DNA of 64,000 bases from Bdellovibrionota bacterium. Its GTDB lineage: Bacteria; Bdellovibrionota_C; UBA2361; JBIKWN01. The DNA lies in the NCBI GenBank assembly GCA_044356295.1, contig JBIKWN010000006.1, forward strand, positions 1 to 64,000, given 5' to 3'. Each line of letters begins with the position of its first letter. Positions within the stretch are counted from its first letter, which is position 1. Of the stretch, positions 37,549 through 47,135 are shown piece after piece. The notes under the pieces were generated by a model, which searched no databases, had not been told where the DNA came from, and worked only from the letters and a program-made list of their open reading frames with translations. Position numbers and translations under genes: made by a program.

Positions 37549-39072
37549 ATGAAAAAAATTCCAGCTATTCTTTGTATCCTTGATGGACTAGGAATAAATC
37601 CAGATCGAGAAGCAAATGCTGTACTGCAAGCCTCTATACCAAACTTTAACATGCTTTGGAAAAATTATCCTCACCAGCAGCTTATTACTCATGGTGAGCG
37701 GGTTGGATTACCAGCAGGTCAAATGGGAAATTCCGAAGTTGGTCACTTAAATATTGGGGCTGGCAGAGTAGTAGAACAGTGGCTCACTCGGATCTCAAGA
37801 ATGCTTTCTGATGACGAAGTATCAAAACTTACACCGTATAAAGATTTTATTTCTCATAATAAGAACAAAACTGTTCATATCATAGGACTCATCAGTAATG
37901 GTGGAGTCCATTCTCATATTGAACATATCATTTTAATGATTCAGCAATTAAGAAAAGATTTTTCTGGGAAAATTGTTATTCATGCCATTACTGATGGAAG
38001 GGATACGCCTCCTCAAAGTGGGCTTCAATTTGTTAAAACTCTGGAAAAGGAGATTAGCAAACATGCAAATGTATTTCTTGGGTCTGTGATTGGACGCCTG
38101 TTTGCAATGGACCGGGATACAAGATGGGAACGCACTCAGAAAAGCTATGATCTAATGACAAAAGGTGTTGGCTCTTCATACACATCAGCCACTGAAGGTA
38201 TTGAGGCAAACTATAAGTTAGGTATTAATGATGAATTTATAGAGCCTATAACTCTTTCGAATAATTATCTTACCGCTGATGATGCAGTAATTTTTTGCAA
38301 CTTTCGCGAAGATCGAATGAGACAGATAGTTCGGGCTCTTACTCAAAGCTCATTTAAAGAGTTTGAAAGAACTGTCAGCATACCGAAAGAACAAGTTCTT
38401 TGTTTTACTGAATATGACGCTCAGTATCAGCTACCAGTTCTTTTTATTCCTCAGTCTTTATCTCATCATCTGGGCGAAACGGTCAGTCGTGCCGGACGAA
38501 CACAGATAAGGATTGCTGAAACTGAAAAATATCCTCACGTAACATTCTTTATGAATGGTAAAATCGAAGAGCCTTATCCTGGCGAGGAGAGAGTTCTTAT
38601 CCCCTCACCTCGAGACGTCAAAACCTATAATTTAAAACCCGAAATGAGTGCTGCAGGTGTTGCAAAAGCAACAGTTGATGCAATAGAAAGCCTAAAGTTC
38701 GATCTCATTGTCGTTAATTTTGCTAACTGCGATATGGTTGGACACTGTGGTGATTTACATGCTGCAATTACTGCTGTTGAGGTCGTCGATACTGCTCTTG
38801 GGCAAATCGTTGCTGCGTCTAAAAAAGTTGGTGCAGATCTGCTTGTTATTGCTGACCATGGAAACGCAGAATTAATGATGGACTATCAAACCAAGCAGCC
38901 ACATACAGCACACACTACTTTTGCTGTCCCAGTGATACTTGCCCAGTTTGGAAGTAATGTTATTCACAAACCGCTTCGCGATAATGGGAGTCTGTGTGAT
39001 GTTGCTCCGACGTTACTTGGGCTTTTAGGAATTGATCTTCCGTCTGAGATGACTGGTAAAAGTTTAATATAA
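37549..39072 (+). CDS. gpmI: 2,3-bisphosphoglycerate-independent phosphoglycerate mutase
   Basis: ILDG.G, GQMGNSEVGH, AETEKYPHVTFF, N.DMVGH, ADHGNAE. Confidence 0.96.
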   Translation: MKKIPAILCILDGLGINPDREANAVLQASIPNFNMLWKNYPHQQLITHGERVGLPAGQMGNSEVGHLNIGAGRVVEQWLTRISRMLSDDEVSKLTPYKDFISHNKNKTVHIIGLISNGGVHSHIEHIILMIQQLRKDFSGKIVIHAITDGRDTPPQSGLQFVKTLEKEISKHANVFLGSVIGRLFAMDRDTRWERTQKSYDLMTKGVGSSYTSATEGIEANYKLGINDEFIEPITLSNNYLTADDAVIFCNFREDRMRQIVRALTQSSFKEFERTVSIPKEQVLCFTEYDAQYQLPVLFIPQSLSHHLGETVSRAGRTQIRIAETEKYPHVTFFMNGKIEEPYPGEERVLIPSPRDVKTYNLKPEMSAAGVAKATVDAIESLKFDLIVVNFANCDMVGHCGDLHAAITAVEVVDTALGQIVAASKKVGADLLVIADHGNAELMMDYQTKQPHTAHTTFAVPVILAQFGSNVIHKPLRDNGSLCDVAPTLLGLLGIDLPSEMTGKSLI

Positions 39073-39073
39073 A

Positions 39074-39236
39074 GGGGACGCTCACCTTTATAAGAAGCCA
39101 CTACGGTTTGTTAGAAATTAATTGAAGATATTTTAAGTAACGCGAAGGTCGCGAAGTACGCGAAGGGTTAATTTTTTCCTTCGGGTACTTCGCGACCTTC
39201 GCGTTATTTAATTAAGTCATAAAAGTGAGCACCCCC
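39074..39236. repeat. Composite REP-like element: family B inverted repeats around a CGCGAAG-repeat hairpin
   Basis: Outer arms 39074-39091 and 39219-39236 (15/18); inner 29-bp stem 39138-39166/39178-39206 with one mismatch and an 11-nt loop. Confidence 0.8.
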
Positions 39237-39883
39237 TACCTTTGGACAAACCGGTAATAGAGGGTGTCAAACGAAAGTGGGATATCTTTGCTATGCATAT
39301 AGATAATCAACTCGGTTGCAGTTGATGCCAACTCTATAATGTTAATACTTTGAATCGCGAGTTCTTGGAGAATTTCGAAAAGAAATCCAGGTGTTTCTAT
39401 GTATGATTTGTCAAAGTGGATACTTATTGCACTTACTTCTTCTCGAAGTCTTGGGCGTTGAGGGTGCATCATCTGTTTAATGAGCTCTTTATACTGCGAA
39501 GGGAATACTACTGTAATTTCTCCGGTCCCTGAGGTAACTGTAATATGAGATTTCTTATGGTGAAGTTTATTGTACAGTTGGTTAACGATGCGGTGATTTT
39601 GATCTGTTTGTTCAAGGGTCAAGACAGCAAGTCCTGATACAATTGATAATCCAAGAGCTTCGTATGATCTTCTTTTTGGGGCTTTTTTATATCTAACTTC
39701 ATGAGACACACGAGAAAGTCCCATTTTTAAAGCTGCAGTCGATACCTTTTTTTCTATCCTGGCAGAAACTGCTGGCGCTATAAAATCAGCCAGCGCGGTC
39801 AAATTGAACAAACCATGATAAAACCCATATTCGAGGGCTGGTGTACTCGAAAGAACCGTTTTTATAGTTTCAGTAATTTTCAT
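39236..39883 (-). CDS. ACT-domain protein with putative N-terminal DNA-binding domain
   Basis: GL.NLTALA..I.P N-terminus; C-terminal ACT-like ETPGFL..I..ELA...INIIE..ST.TEL. Confidence 0.65.
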   Translation of the reverse strand: MKITETIKTVLSSTPALEYGFYHGLFNLTALADFIAPAVSARIEKKVSTAALKMGLSRVSHEVRYKKAPKRRSYEALGLSIVSGLAVLTLEQTDQNHRIVNQLYNKLHHKKSHITVTSGTGEITVVFPSQYKELIKQMMHPQRPRLREEVSAISIHFDKSYIETPGFLFEILQELAIQSINIIELASTATELIIYMHSKDIPLSFDTLYYRFVQR

Positions 39884-39903
39884 ATGTTACATTTGTAACA
39901 TAT
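39882..39903. promoter_or_regulatory. Perfect palindrome overlapping the start codon of the ACT-domain gene
   Basis: ATATGTTACA-TT-TGTAACATAT. Confidence 0.55.
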
Positions 39904-39970
39904 TTTGAGATTTTTTGATATTATTTTATGATTCCTTAATTCAGATTTCTTTATATGCTACATATACAGG

Positions 39971-40954
39971 ATGTCGTCCATTGCAGTTGATGTTCTAAGA
40001 ACTCGTCACCCTCTGTCTCTCTCTAGCGCTACTCTTACAACGCCGCTGGAAATCGCTGGGGCAAAAGTCAGAAAACCAAATCTTTTTGAATTGAGTTCAA
40101 TACTTGATGCATGTGAGCAGAATCCTGAAACTGAGATTGGAAACTCAATTAAAACAATTCAAGAACTTGTTCGTGCAACTAAAAATCAGGAACAGTCCCC
40201 ATTAATTCTTAGGACTGCAGAATATCAGGGATCAAGAGCGCACATCATTGCTAGCCAACAAGGAATGAGAGGTATGATTCATCACCTCTTCTTTGAGTCT
40301 GCTGGAAATGAACATCAAGCTATTCTAGGGAATCGTCTTGTGAATCAAGTAATAGCTGAGTTTCAGGAACGATCTATTTTTAGGGCTCATGTCTTAGTTT
40401 CCAAAGAACATGCTCACAATCATCCTTTATCAATTCATGGATTTAAAGAAGTGCAAGGTGAACGGCTTCAAGAATTCCAAATGAAAGAGCGACCAATACA
40501 GCCCGAGCAACTTCATCAAAAAGGTTTTCAAATTGAAGAAGTGCTTTGGCAAGATCAACAAGAGCTTTTTGAAAGATTTTCAGAGGTTCCTGAACTCGCG
40601 ATAGCTCCTTGGGAACAAGATGCTGCACATCGAATACTACACTCAAACTCCAACGGATACATTTGTTTTGCTGTTCGCGAACAATCTTCTGGTCGACTCG
40701 TTGGTGCTTATTTCGGGGGCTATGCAGGAAGCCGTGGTACTTGTAATCATATTGTTATCGAACCAGAATATCGACATCATAAACTTGCAAGTGATTTAGT
40801 CGCTCACGCCCTGCCAAAACTTTATGATCATGGAGTCCGAACTGTACATATCATGACAACAGCAGGTAACGACCCTGCATTTAAATTTTGGGAAAAACAA
40901 GGATTTATTCAAAGTAGTAAGGGGACGTTCCTGGAAGCAGATATTTCTTATTAG
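39971..40954 (+). CDS. Tandem GNAT-family acetyltransferase
   Basis: C-terminal domain HIVIEPEYR..KLA..L...N.PA..FW.K.GF; degenerate N-terminal copy. Confidence 0.7.
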   Translation: MSSIAVDVLRTRHPLSLSSATLTTPLEIAGAKVRKPNLFELSSILDACEQNPETEIGNSIKTIQELVRATKNQEQSPLILRTAEYQGSRAHIIASQQGMRGMIHHLFFESAGNEHQAILGNRLVNQVIAEFQERSIFRAHVLVSKEHAHNHPLSIHGFKEVQGERLQEFQMKERPIQPEQLHQKGFQIEEVLWQDQQELFERFSEVPELAIAPWEQDAAHRILHSNSNGYICFAVREQSSGRLVGAYFGGYAGSRGTCNHIVIEPEYRHHKLASDLVAHALPKLYDHGVRTVHIMTTAGNDPAFKFWEKQGFIQSSKGTFLEADISY

Positions 40955-40971
40955 GGCATGGTACATAGTAT

Positions 40972-41646
40972 ATGAATAGTGTGATGTCATTTTTTCCATC
41001 CCAGCAAATTTATCCAATACTTGGAAAATCTCTTCCTTTTCAAACATGGGCAAAACTAGATCTCAGCATTGAAAATCCAATTATGTTAGAGCGTTCATTC
41101 CACGATACTGCTGGGTTTGAAAAAATAATCTTCGAAATGATGGAAGAGAAAAATGCAGTCGTTGGATGGGGTGGCTATTTAGAAAACCGTGGGTGGTACC
41201 AAAGAGCAGAGCACTTTGGAGCCTCAGATGATGCACGTACAATACATTTAGGAATCGATCTTTGGGCGACAGGATTAACACCTCTTTTTGCACCTATCGA
41301 TGGAGTGGTTCATAGCGTCAAAGATAACGCCCTCTATGGAGATTACGGCCCAACCATTATTTTAGAGCATGAAGATCCCAATAATAACTCCAAGTTCTAT
41401 ACTTTATATGGACACCTCTCAAAAGATTCTATAGAAGATAAAAAAGTTGGCGATACTGTTAAACAAGGCACTCAGTTTGCAAAAATTGGCACGCCTCCTA
41501 CTAATGGAGACTGGCCCCCTCATCTACACTTTCAAGTCATTAAAGATATGGAAGGTATGATGGGTGACTATCCAGGAGTATCAAGTAAGAGCAAACTTCA
41601 ATGGTATTCAGAGAACTGCCCTGATCCGATATCACTCCTTATATAA
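40972..41646 (+). CDS. M23-family peptidase domain protein
   Basis: HLGID, YTLYGHL, PPHLHFQ. Confidence 0.85.
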   Translation: MNSVMSFFPSQQIYPILGKSLPFQTWAKLDLSIENPIMLERSFHDTAGFEKIIFEMMEEKNAVVGWGGYLENRGWYQRAEHFGASDDARTIHLGIDLWATGLTPLFAPIDGVVHSVKDNALYGDYGPTIILEHEDPNNNSKFYTLYGHLSKDSIEDKKVGDTVKQGTQFAKIGTPPTNGDWPPHLHFQVIKDMEGMMGDYPGVSSKSKLQWYSENCPDPISLLI

Positions 41647-41707
41647 TTCCTGAGTTTTACTGATCATAGTCAGGAAACTTTTCAATATAAAACATCGAAA
41701 AGTTTCA

Positions 41708-42367
41708 GTGTTAGCGCGTTCACTCATATTCCCATGCTCTTGTGTCCTTTGTGATGCCCCTCTTTCTTTTTATCACAACAAAGATGATCTATGCAGAAAA
41801 TGTTACCAATTGTTAACAGAACAAGTCGGATTATTTCAAAGTAATTCTGGTCATCACTATTTATTTCATCATCAAACATACGTAAAATCTTTGATTAAAA
41901 AAGCAAAATCAAAACCATCATTTCGCACATTTCAAACGCTGATTCGAATAGCTACACCACATATATTCGAAATTAAGAATAATAATTTCGATATAATTAT
42001 TCCCATACCTTCAAAATTTACTTCTCTTTTGCAAAGACAGTTTGCTCCTGCTTTCGAATTTGCTACGGCTTGTTCTGATGCGCTTGGGATTCCAATCTCA
42101 TACCGATCGCTGATTCTTAGAAAAAACATTAAAAAGCAATCACGCTTATCAAGAGCTAAAAGAATAAAAAATACAGAAGATGCATTTTTGGCAGCAGCTC
42201 ATGTTAGTAGTAAGCATATTCTCCTTGTTGATGATGTAGTAACTACAGGAGCGACTATGTACGCCGCTCAAACAGAGCTTATTAAAAAAGGGGCCCTCTC
42301 TGTTTCGACTATAAGTCTCTCTGCTTCGGTGCTACACTCTCGAGACCATGAAAAATATCCTCGATGA
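41708..42367 (+). CDS. ComF-family phosphoribosyltransferase
   Basis: N-terminal CxxC...CxxC; LLVDDVVTTGAT. Confidence 0.8.
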   Translation: MLARSLIFPCSCVLCDAPLSFYHNKDDLCRKCYQLLTEQVGLFQSNSGHHYLFHHQTYVKSLIKKAKSKPSFRTFQTLIRIATPHIFEIKNNNFDIIIPIPSKFTSLLQRQFAPAFEFATACSDALGIPISYRSLILRKNIKKQSRLSRAKRIKNTEDAFLAAAHVSSKHILLVDDVVTTGATMYAAQTELIKKGALSVSTISLSASVLHSRDHEKYPR

Positions 42368-43163
42368 AAAAATATTTAATCCAAAGACTCCTGCTTTTGA
42401 GCGAATCTGCCTGATTGTAAAACGTCTTAGAGATCCTCATGATGGTTGCCCCTGGGATAAGGAGCAAACTCATGAATCGCTGACCCCTTATGTCATAGAA
42501 GAAGCTTTCGAAGTCGTTGAAGCCATCACGCAAAATAAAAATGATTTAAAAAAAGAGCTTGGCGACCTACTCCTTCAAGTTCTCCTCCACAGCGAAATTG
42601 CAAGTGAAACATCTGCTTTCAATATTAACGATGTGTGTGAAGCAATCTCTACAAAACTTATTACAAGGCATCCTCACGTTTTTGGTGATATTGACGCAAA
42701 AACATCTGATGTTGTTTTAAAAAATTGGGAACAGATCAAACAAAAAGAGCTCAAATCCGGCGAATCAATCCTTGATGGAGTACCAACAAGAATGCCTGCT
42801 TTATTAAGAGCTCAACGTGTCTCTGAAAAAGCAGCACGTGTTGGATTTGAGTGGTCGACACTTGATGATATTAAAGCGAAAGTGTTCGAAGAGATTCAAG
42901 AATTCCTTGCCGAAGTAAATGAATCTGCCCCCAAAGAAAAAATTGAAGATGAATTTGGTGATATTTATTTTGCTCTGACACAAGTAGCACGTCGAATGCA
43001 CCTTGATGCAGAGAGCCTGCTCCATGCTTCAACTGATAAATTTACAAGACGTTTTAAAGAAGTTGAAAAACGTCTTACAAAACCGATAAAAGATATGACG
43101 CTAAATGAACTTGATATTATTTGGGAGCAAGTGAAAACAGAGGAACGTCAGGGTGCAGCCTGA
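42348..43163 (+). CDS. mazG: Nucleoside triphosphate pyrophosphohydrolase MazG
   Basis: LRDP..GCPWD.EQT, EE..E, ELGDLLLQV, RHPHVF. Confidence 0.95.
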   Translation: MKNILDEKIFNPKTPAFERICLIVKRLRDPHDGCPWDKEQTHESLTPYVIEEAFEVVEAITQNKNDLKKELGDLLLQVLLHSEIASETSAFNINDVCEAISTKLITRHPHVFGDIDAKTSDVVLKNWEQIKQKELKSGESILDGVPTRMPALLRAQRVSEKAARVGFEWSTLDDIKAKVFEEIQEFLAEVNESAPKEKIEDEFGDIYFALTQVARRMHLDAESLLHASTDKFTRRFKEVEKRLTKPIKDMTLNELDIIWEQVKTEERQGAA

Positions 43164-44134
43164 TCTGAATTGACAGTTAACTCTAAAAAAATACCTCGGT
43201 GGTCACTTCCTTCAACGGGCAGTACTTCAGCTTGATTAACAAAAATATTTTTATTAACAAATGCTCTATCGATCATAGTTTGCAGGAACCAAATATCTTG
43301 ATTCCATGTTGATTGAAAACCAAACCCCCAAAAGACATCTCGAACTCGTGCTGCTTTCATAAAAGACCGAGTAATTCTTCCCGCCGGTGCTGAATTAAAA
43401 TCACCAGCAATGAGCCAAGGTTCATGAGAGTGTCTTGCTTCGGTCGCAACTCGACGTGACATATTTCTTGCCTGTTCCCATCGGTAAGCCGAGATTGGAG
43501 GAGGAAGATGGAAAATAACAATGTTAAGAGGAGTAGTTTTTTGTAAAGCATCCTGACCACCTAGTAAAATTCTTGCATGAATATAGCCAGGAACATCTGG
43601 TCCAAGGTCGGTTTTAGGCTCTCTTTCAAATGGAAATTTCGAAAAGAGCTCTAACCCCCAAACTGATTGATCAAAAACTGTGGCACGGTAGGGATACAGG
43701 TTGATGAGTGTTGTTTTTTCAACCCACCGCAGGTCTGATTCCGCAATTGCAATTACTTGAGGTTGTTTGGTCTTAATAATTTCTGTAAGCCACTCTGTAC
43801 CATCATTTCTTAAATATTTATTGGCAAAAACAAATGAAATTTTTGATAGCTCAGTACTAGCATTATTTTTAATCGAAGATTGATTATAGAGATAATAAGG
43901 AAGATAGATTTGTACCGATCGTGCCAACGGGAGCAACAGTATAATCGTGAGGGCTACTTTTCTAAAAGGATGACTATGAAAGGGAATACTTCGAAAATGA
44001 GTGATTGCAGCAAAAATACAATAAACAAAAATATAATGATGAAAGCCAGCCAATGCTTCTTGAAAAAAGAACCACTGACGAAAACTTGTTAGATAGAAAA
44101 TAGAATAAGGTAACCAGAAGAAAAGTAGTGTCAC
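43148..44134 (-). CDS. Membrane-anchored endonuclease/exonuclease/phosphatase (EEP) family protein
   Basis: N-terminal TM helices; AGDFN, ID, GSDH. Confidence 0.8.
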   Translation of the reverse strand: MTLLFFWLPYSIFYLTSFRQWFFFQEALAGFHHYIFVYCIFAAITHFRSIPFHSHPFRKVALTIILLLPLARSVQIYLPYYLYNQSSIKNNASTELSKISFVFANKYLRNDGTEWLTEIIKTKQPQVIAIAESDLRWVEKTTLINLYPYRATVFDQSVWGLELFSKFPFEREPKTDLGPDVPGYIHARILLGGQDALQKTTPLNIVIFHLPPPISAYRWEQARNMSRRVATEARHSHEPWLIAGDFNSAPAGRITRSFMKAARVRDVFWGFGFQSTWNQDIWFLQTMIDRAFVNKNIFVNQAEVLPVEGSDHRGIFLELTVNSDQAAP

Positions 44135-44140
44135 TTAACT

Positions 44141-44503
44141 TTATGCTTCGTTCCAATCAAGAACACCTTTTTTCCATACATAGAGGAGCCCTCCTCCAAG
44201 AACAACAATGAAAGAAAGCATTGCATAGAAACCAGACCATCCAAGTTCTTTTAAATTTACTGCCCATGGGTACATAAATATGACTTCGATATCGAAAAGG
44301 ATAAAAAGCATGGCGACAAGATAAAATCGAACATTGAACCTTTGATCTTTGACTGATCCAACAGATACCGAGCCACACTCGAAGGGTAGTTGTTTTGTTT
44401 TAGTTTTGTTCTTCGGTCCAAGAATCGAAGAAAGCGCAAGCATAGTGATTAAAAAGCCAGCGCAAACAACGGTAAGGGCTAATATTCCTGCATATCCATT
44501 CAT
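44141..44503 (-). CDS. nuoA: NADH-quinone oxidoreductase subunit A
   Basis: PFECG, FYLVAMLFILFDIE..F.YPWA, W.KG.L.W. Confidence 0.95.
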   Translation of the reverse strand: MNGYAGILALTVVCAGFLITMLALSSILGPKNKTKTKQLPFECGSVSVGSVKDQRFNVRFYLVAMLFILFDIEVIFMYPWAVNLKELGWSGFYAMLSFIVVLGGGLLYVWKKGVLDWNEA

Positions 44504-44633
44504 AGACTCAACATATTACTCCCGTGCCCCCATCACGAACAAGAGCTACAAATTAGAGGCACATGCCGATGAAAAGTTTTATATGCTAAGAAAATGACAA
44601 TCGCTTAAACTTTCGCTAAAATCCCCCCTCAAT

Positions 44634-44707
44634 GCACTCGTAGCTCAGTTGGATAGAGCAACCGCCTTCTAAGCGGTGGGTCGGAGGTTCGAATCCTCCC
44701 GAGTGCG
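44634..44707 (+). tRNA. tRNA-Arg (anticodon UCU); CCA not encoded
   Basis: Acceptor GCACTCG/CGAGTGC, D arm, anticodon arm ACCGC-CTTCTAA-GCGGT, T arm GGAGG-TTCGAAT-CCTCC. Confidence 0.95.
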
Positions 44708-44910
44708 ATTTTTAGATTTTTTAGTGCTTTAGTTAGAGGGAGGATTCGAACCTCAAAACAACAAGGTCGAATCGTTCTAAGGTTGCGGTGCGTAGCAGCG
44801 CAGCCTCCCGAGTGCGATTTTTAGATTTTTTAGTGCTTTAGTTAGAGGGAGGATTCGAACCTCAACAACAAGGTCGAATCATTCTAGGGGTACGATGCGT
44901 GGCAACGCAG
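44695..44910 (+). repeat. tRNA-linked tandem repeat, two units of about 109 and 107 bp
   Basis: Units start at 44695 and 44804 with the tRNA 3' end CCTCCCGAGTGCG; each contains GGGAGGATTCGAACCTC. Confidence 0.85.
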
Positions 44911-44943
44911 CCTACCAATGCCACTACTGTCCGGCAGCGAATC

Positions 44944-44990
44944 ATTGAAGACATTTTTAGTAACGCGAAGGTCGCGAAGTACGCGAAGGG
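44944..44990. repeat. Partial copy of the CGCGAAG-repeat element
   Basis: 45/47 identical to 39121-39167; right arm degenerate. Confidence 0.75.
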
Positions 44991-45083
44991 GGAAATTAAA
45001 AATTTATTCGTACCGGGTAATTGTGTGACGCTTCGCTGATGTAAAGATATATCTGAGTCATTCGATTTGCTAGAATTTTATCT

Positions 45084-45419
45084 ATGCAAGAAATCACCTG
45101 GTCAGATTTTGAAAAAGTTGAATTGCGAGTTGGAACAATTATTGAAGTGAATGATTTTCCACAAGCTCGAAAGCCTGCCTTGAAATTAAAAATTGATTTC
45201 GGAGAAATCGGCATCCTTCAGTCAAGCGCTCAGATCACTGAACAGTATCCAAAAGAAGATCTTATTGGAAAGCAAATCCTTGCTGTGGTTAACTTTCCAA
45301 AAAAACAAATTGCAAACTTCTTCTCTGAGTGTCTTACGACTGGTGTAGCGAATCACGTGGGGGAAGTTATACTTGTTTCTCCTGATAAAAAAGTTCCTAA
45401 TGGGGCTCGTCTATTTTAA
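45084..45419 (+). CDS. csaA: CsaA/Trbp111-family tRNA-binding protein
   Basis: DFEKVELRVG.I, SSAQIT, VVNFP.KQIA...SECL. Confidence 0.88.
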   Translation: MQEITWSDFEKVELRVGTIIEVNDFPQARKPALKLKIDFGEIGILQSSAQITEQYPKEDLIGKQILAVVNFPKKQIANFFSECLTTGVANHVGEVILVSPDKKVPNGARLF

Positions 45420-45450
45420 TACTAATCAGTTGCTTTTGCGTCGTTAGCTC

Positions 45451-46422
45451 ATGTTTCAAGATCTACTGTTCGATCAAATCTCTAACTATAAAAATGAGTT
45501 CAAAAGCATCCTCTTGGTAAATGCTGAAGTTTCTAAAGAACTCACAGAACCTCAGTTCAAAGAATATCTTTCTGTAATACAATCTGAAAAAGCAGCTTTT
45601 GATGCATTATCTAAGATCTCTACTCATGCTTTCTCTTCCCTTTCACAGTTACGAGATATTCAATTTGATATAGTACTTTTTCAGGGGACACGATTTAAAG
45701 AAAGGAACCTTTCAGTACTTTCTGCGCTCCCAAACATTCTTAAATCTGGAGGACTTTTTATTGAAGTACTTTCGAATATGCACGGAGCTTCTCGGTATGA
45801 AAAAATCCTGAAACAATCTTATCAAGCAGAAATATTTTCTGATTCAAAAAGAAAAGCAAGGGTTTTCGGTATAGCTGATTTCAATCCGACATTTTTTAAT
45901 CTTTCAGAACCAGTACTAGATAAAAATCAATCCCGAGCAAGCTTTAATAAAGGCGAATTAGATAAAGGGTCTTTGTTGTTAGCAGAATGTTTAGCGGGAA
46001 AACTTTCTGGTGAAATTTTTGAATTCTGCTCTGGTAGTGGATTGTTAGCATCAAGGCTTACGAACGACTCTCCACTTATTACAAAATGCATTGGGTTTGA
46101 ATCTGACTTCGACTCGTACGAACGATCAAAGGAGATTGAAAATGATAAGATCTCTTTCCAATGGCAAGATATTCTTTCACTTCCTGAGTCAGTAAAATTT
46201 AAAACAATAGTAGTAAATCCACCGTTTCACGATGCTGACGGAGAAAATATAAAACTAGGATTGAAAATTATTCAGAAAGCATTGTCGCTTCTTAAAACAA
46301 ATGGCAATCTTTACGTCGTTCAAAATTCGCATCTGCCTTATTTAAGGGATCTCAAACTTCCAAAGAGAGCAGAGATACTAAGTCAACAAAACGGTTTTAT
46401 GGTATGGCATTATGAGGCTTGA
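45451..46422 (+). CDS. RsmC-like class I SAM methyltransferase
   Basis: F..GELDKGS.LL, EFCSGSG, NPPFH. Confidence 0.75.
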   Translation: MFQDLLFDQISNYKNEFKSILLVNAEVSKELTEPQFKEYLSVIQSEKAAFDALSKISTHAFSSLSQLRDIQFDIVLFQGTRFKERNLSVLSALPNILKSGGLFIEVLSNMHGASRYEKILKQSYQAEIFSDSKRKARVFGIADFNPTFFNLSEPVLDKNQSRASFNKGELDKGSLLLAECLAGKLSGEIFEFCSGSGLLASRLTNDSPLITKCIGFESDFDSYERSKEIENDKISFQWQDILSLPESVKFKTIVVNPPFHDADGENIKLGLKIIQKALSLLKTNGNLYVVQNSHLPYLRDLKLPKRAEILSQQNGFMVWHYEA

Positions 46423-47128
46423 TAGATTACTCAGTAATCGAGGTTACTGCTCAAGGAGTGAAGTAAAGCGCTTTATTAGAGAAAATCGAATCCGAATCGA
46501 TAATGAACCTGCTTACTCGCCTTCTCAAGCAATTCATAATGAATCAGTCTTTATCGATGATGAACCCATCGATCCTGAAATCATTACGATAATGCTCCAT
46601 AAGCCAATAGGATTTGTTTGTAGCCACCGCGAACAAGGGCGATTGATTTACGAACTCCTTCCAGAACGTTGGTCTAATCTTAAACCACAACTCTCTTCTG
46701 TCGGTCGCCTCGATAAAGAGTCGAGTGGACTTTTAATCTTAACGAATGATGGTCAACTCAATCATCAACTCACTCAACCGAAAAAAGTCGGTAAGGTTTA
46801 TGCTGTAAAAACAAGAGATCCGCTCTCTGGTAATGAATCCTCCCTTTTTAGTAGTGGGACTTTTACGCTTCCTGATGAGGAGCAACCACTCCTTCCTGCA
46901 ACTTTTTTAGAACAGAGCCCTCATTCCGGTCTTTTAACCATTCATGAAGGCAAATACCACCAGATTCGACGTATGTTTGCTGCAGTTGGTAATGAAGTTA
47001 TCGAACTACACCGTACACAAATTGGGGATCTACCTCTTCTACCTGAAGAGCCTGGTGCTTGGTGCTTTTTAACTGATGATCAGCTCAAGCTCGCGCTTGC
47101 ACCTTCCTTCAGTCAAAAGCATAATTAG
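46412..47128 (+). CDS. rsuA: RsuA-family pseudouridine synthase
   Basis: MRLDRLL S4 domain, [21 protein letters not shown]. Confidence 0.85.
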   Translation: MRLDRLLSNRGYCSRSEVKRFIRENRIRIDNEPAYSPSQAIHNESVFIDDEPIDPEIITIMLHKPIGFVCSHREQGRLIYELLPERWSNLKPQLSSVGRLDKESSGLLILTNDGQLNHQLTQPKKVGKVYAVKTRDPLSGNESSLFSSGTFTLPDEEQPLLPATFLEQSPHSGLLTIHEGKYHQIRRMFAAVGNEVIELHRTQIGDLPLLPEEPGAWCFLTDDQLKLALAPSFSQKHN

Positions 47129-47135
47129 CCCCCTT

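Noticed and set aside
44695..44910. Possible CRISPR array in the repeats after the tRNA
   Set aside because: Whole units are duplicated with no unique spacers, and there are no cas genes in the window.
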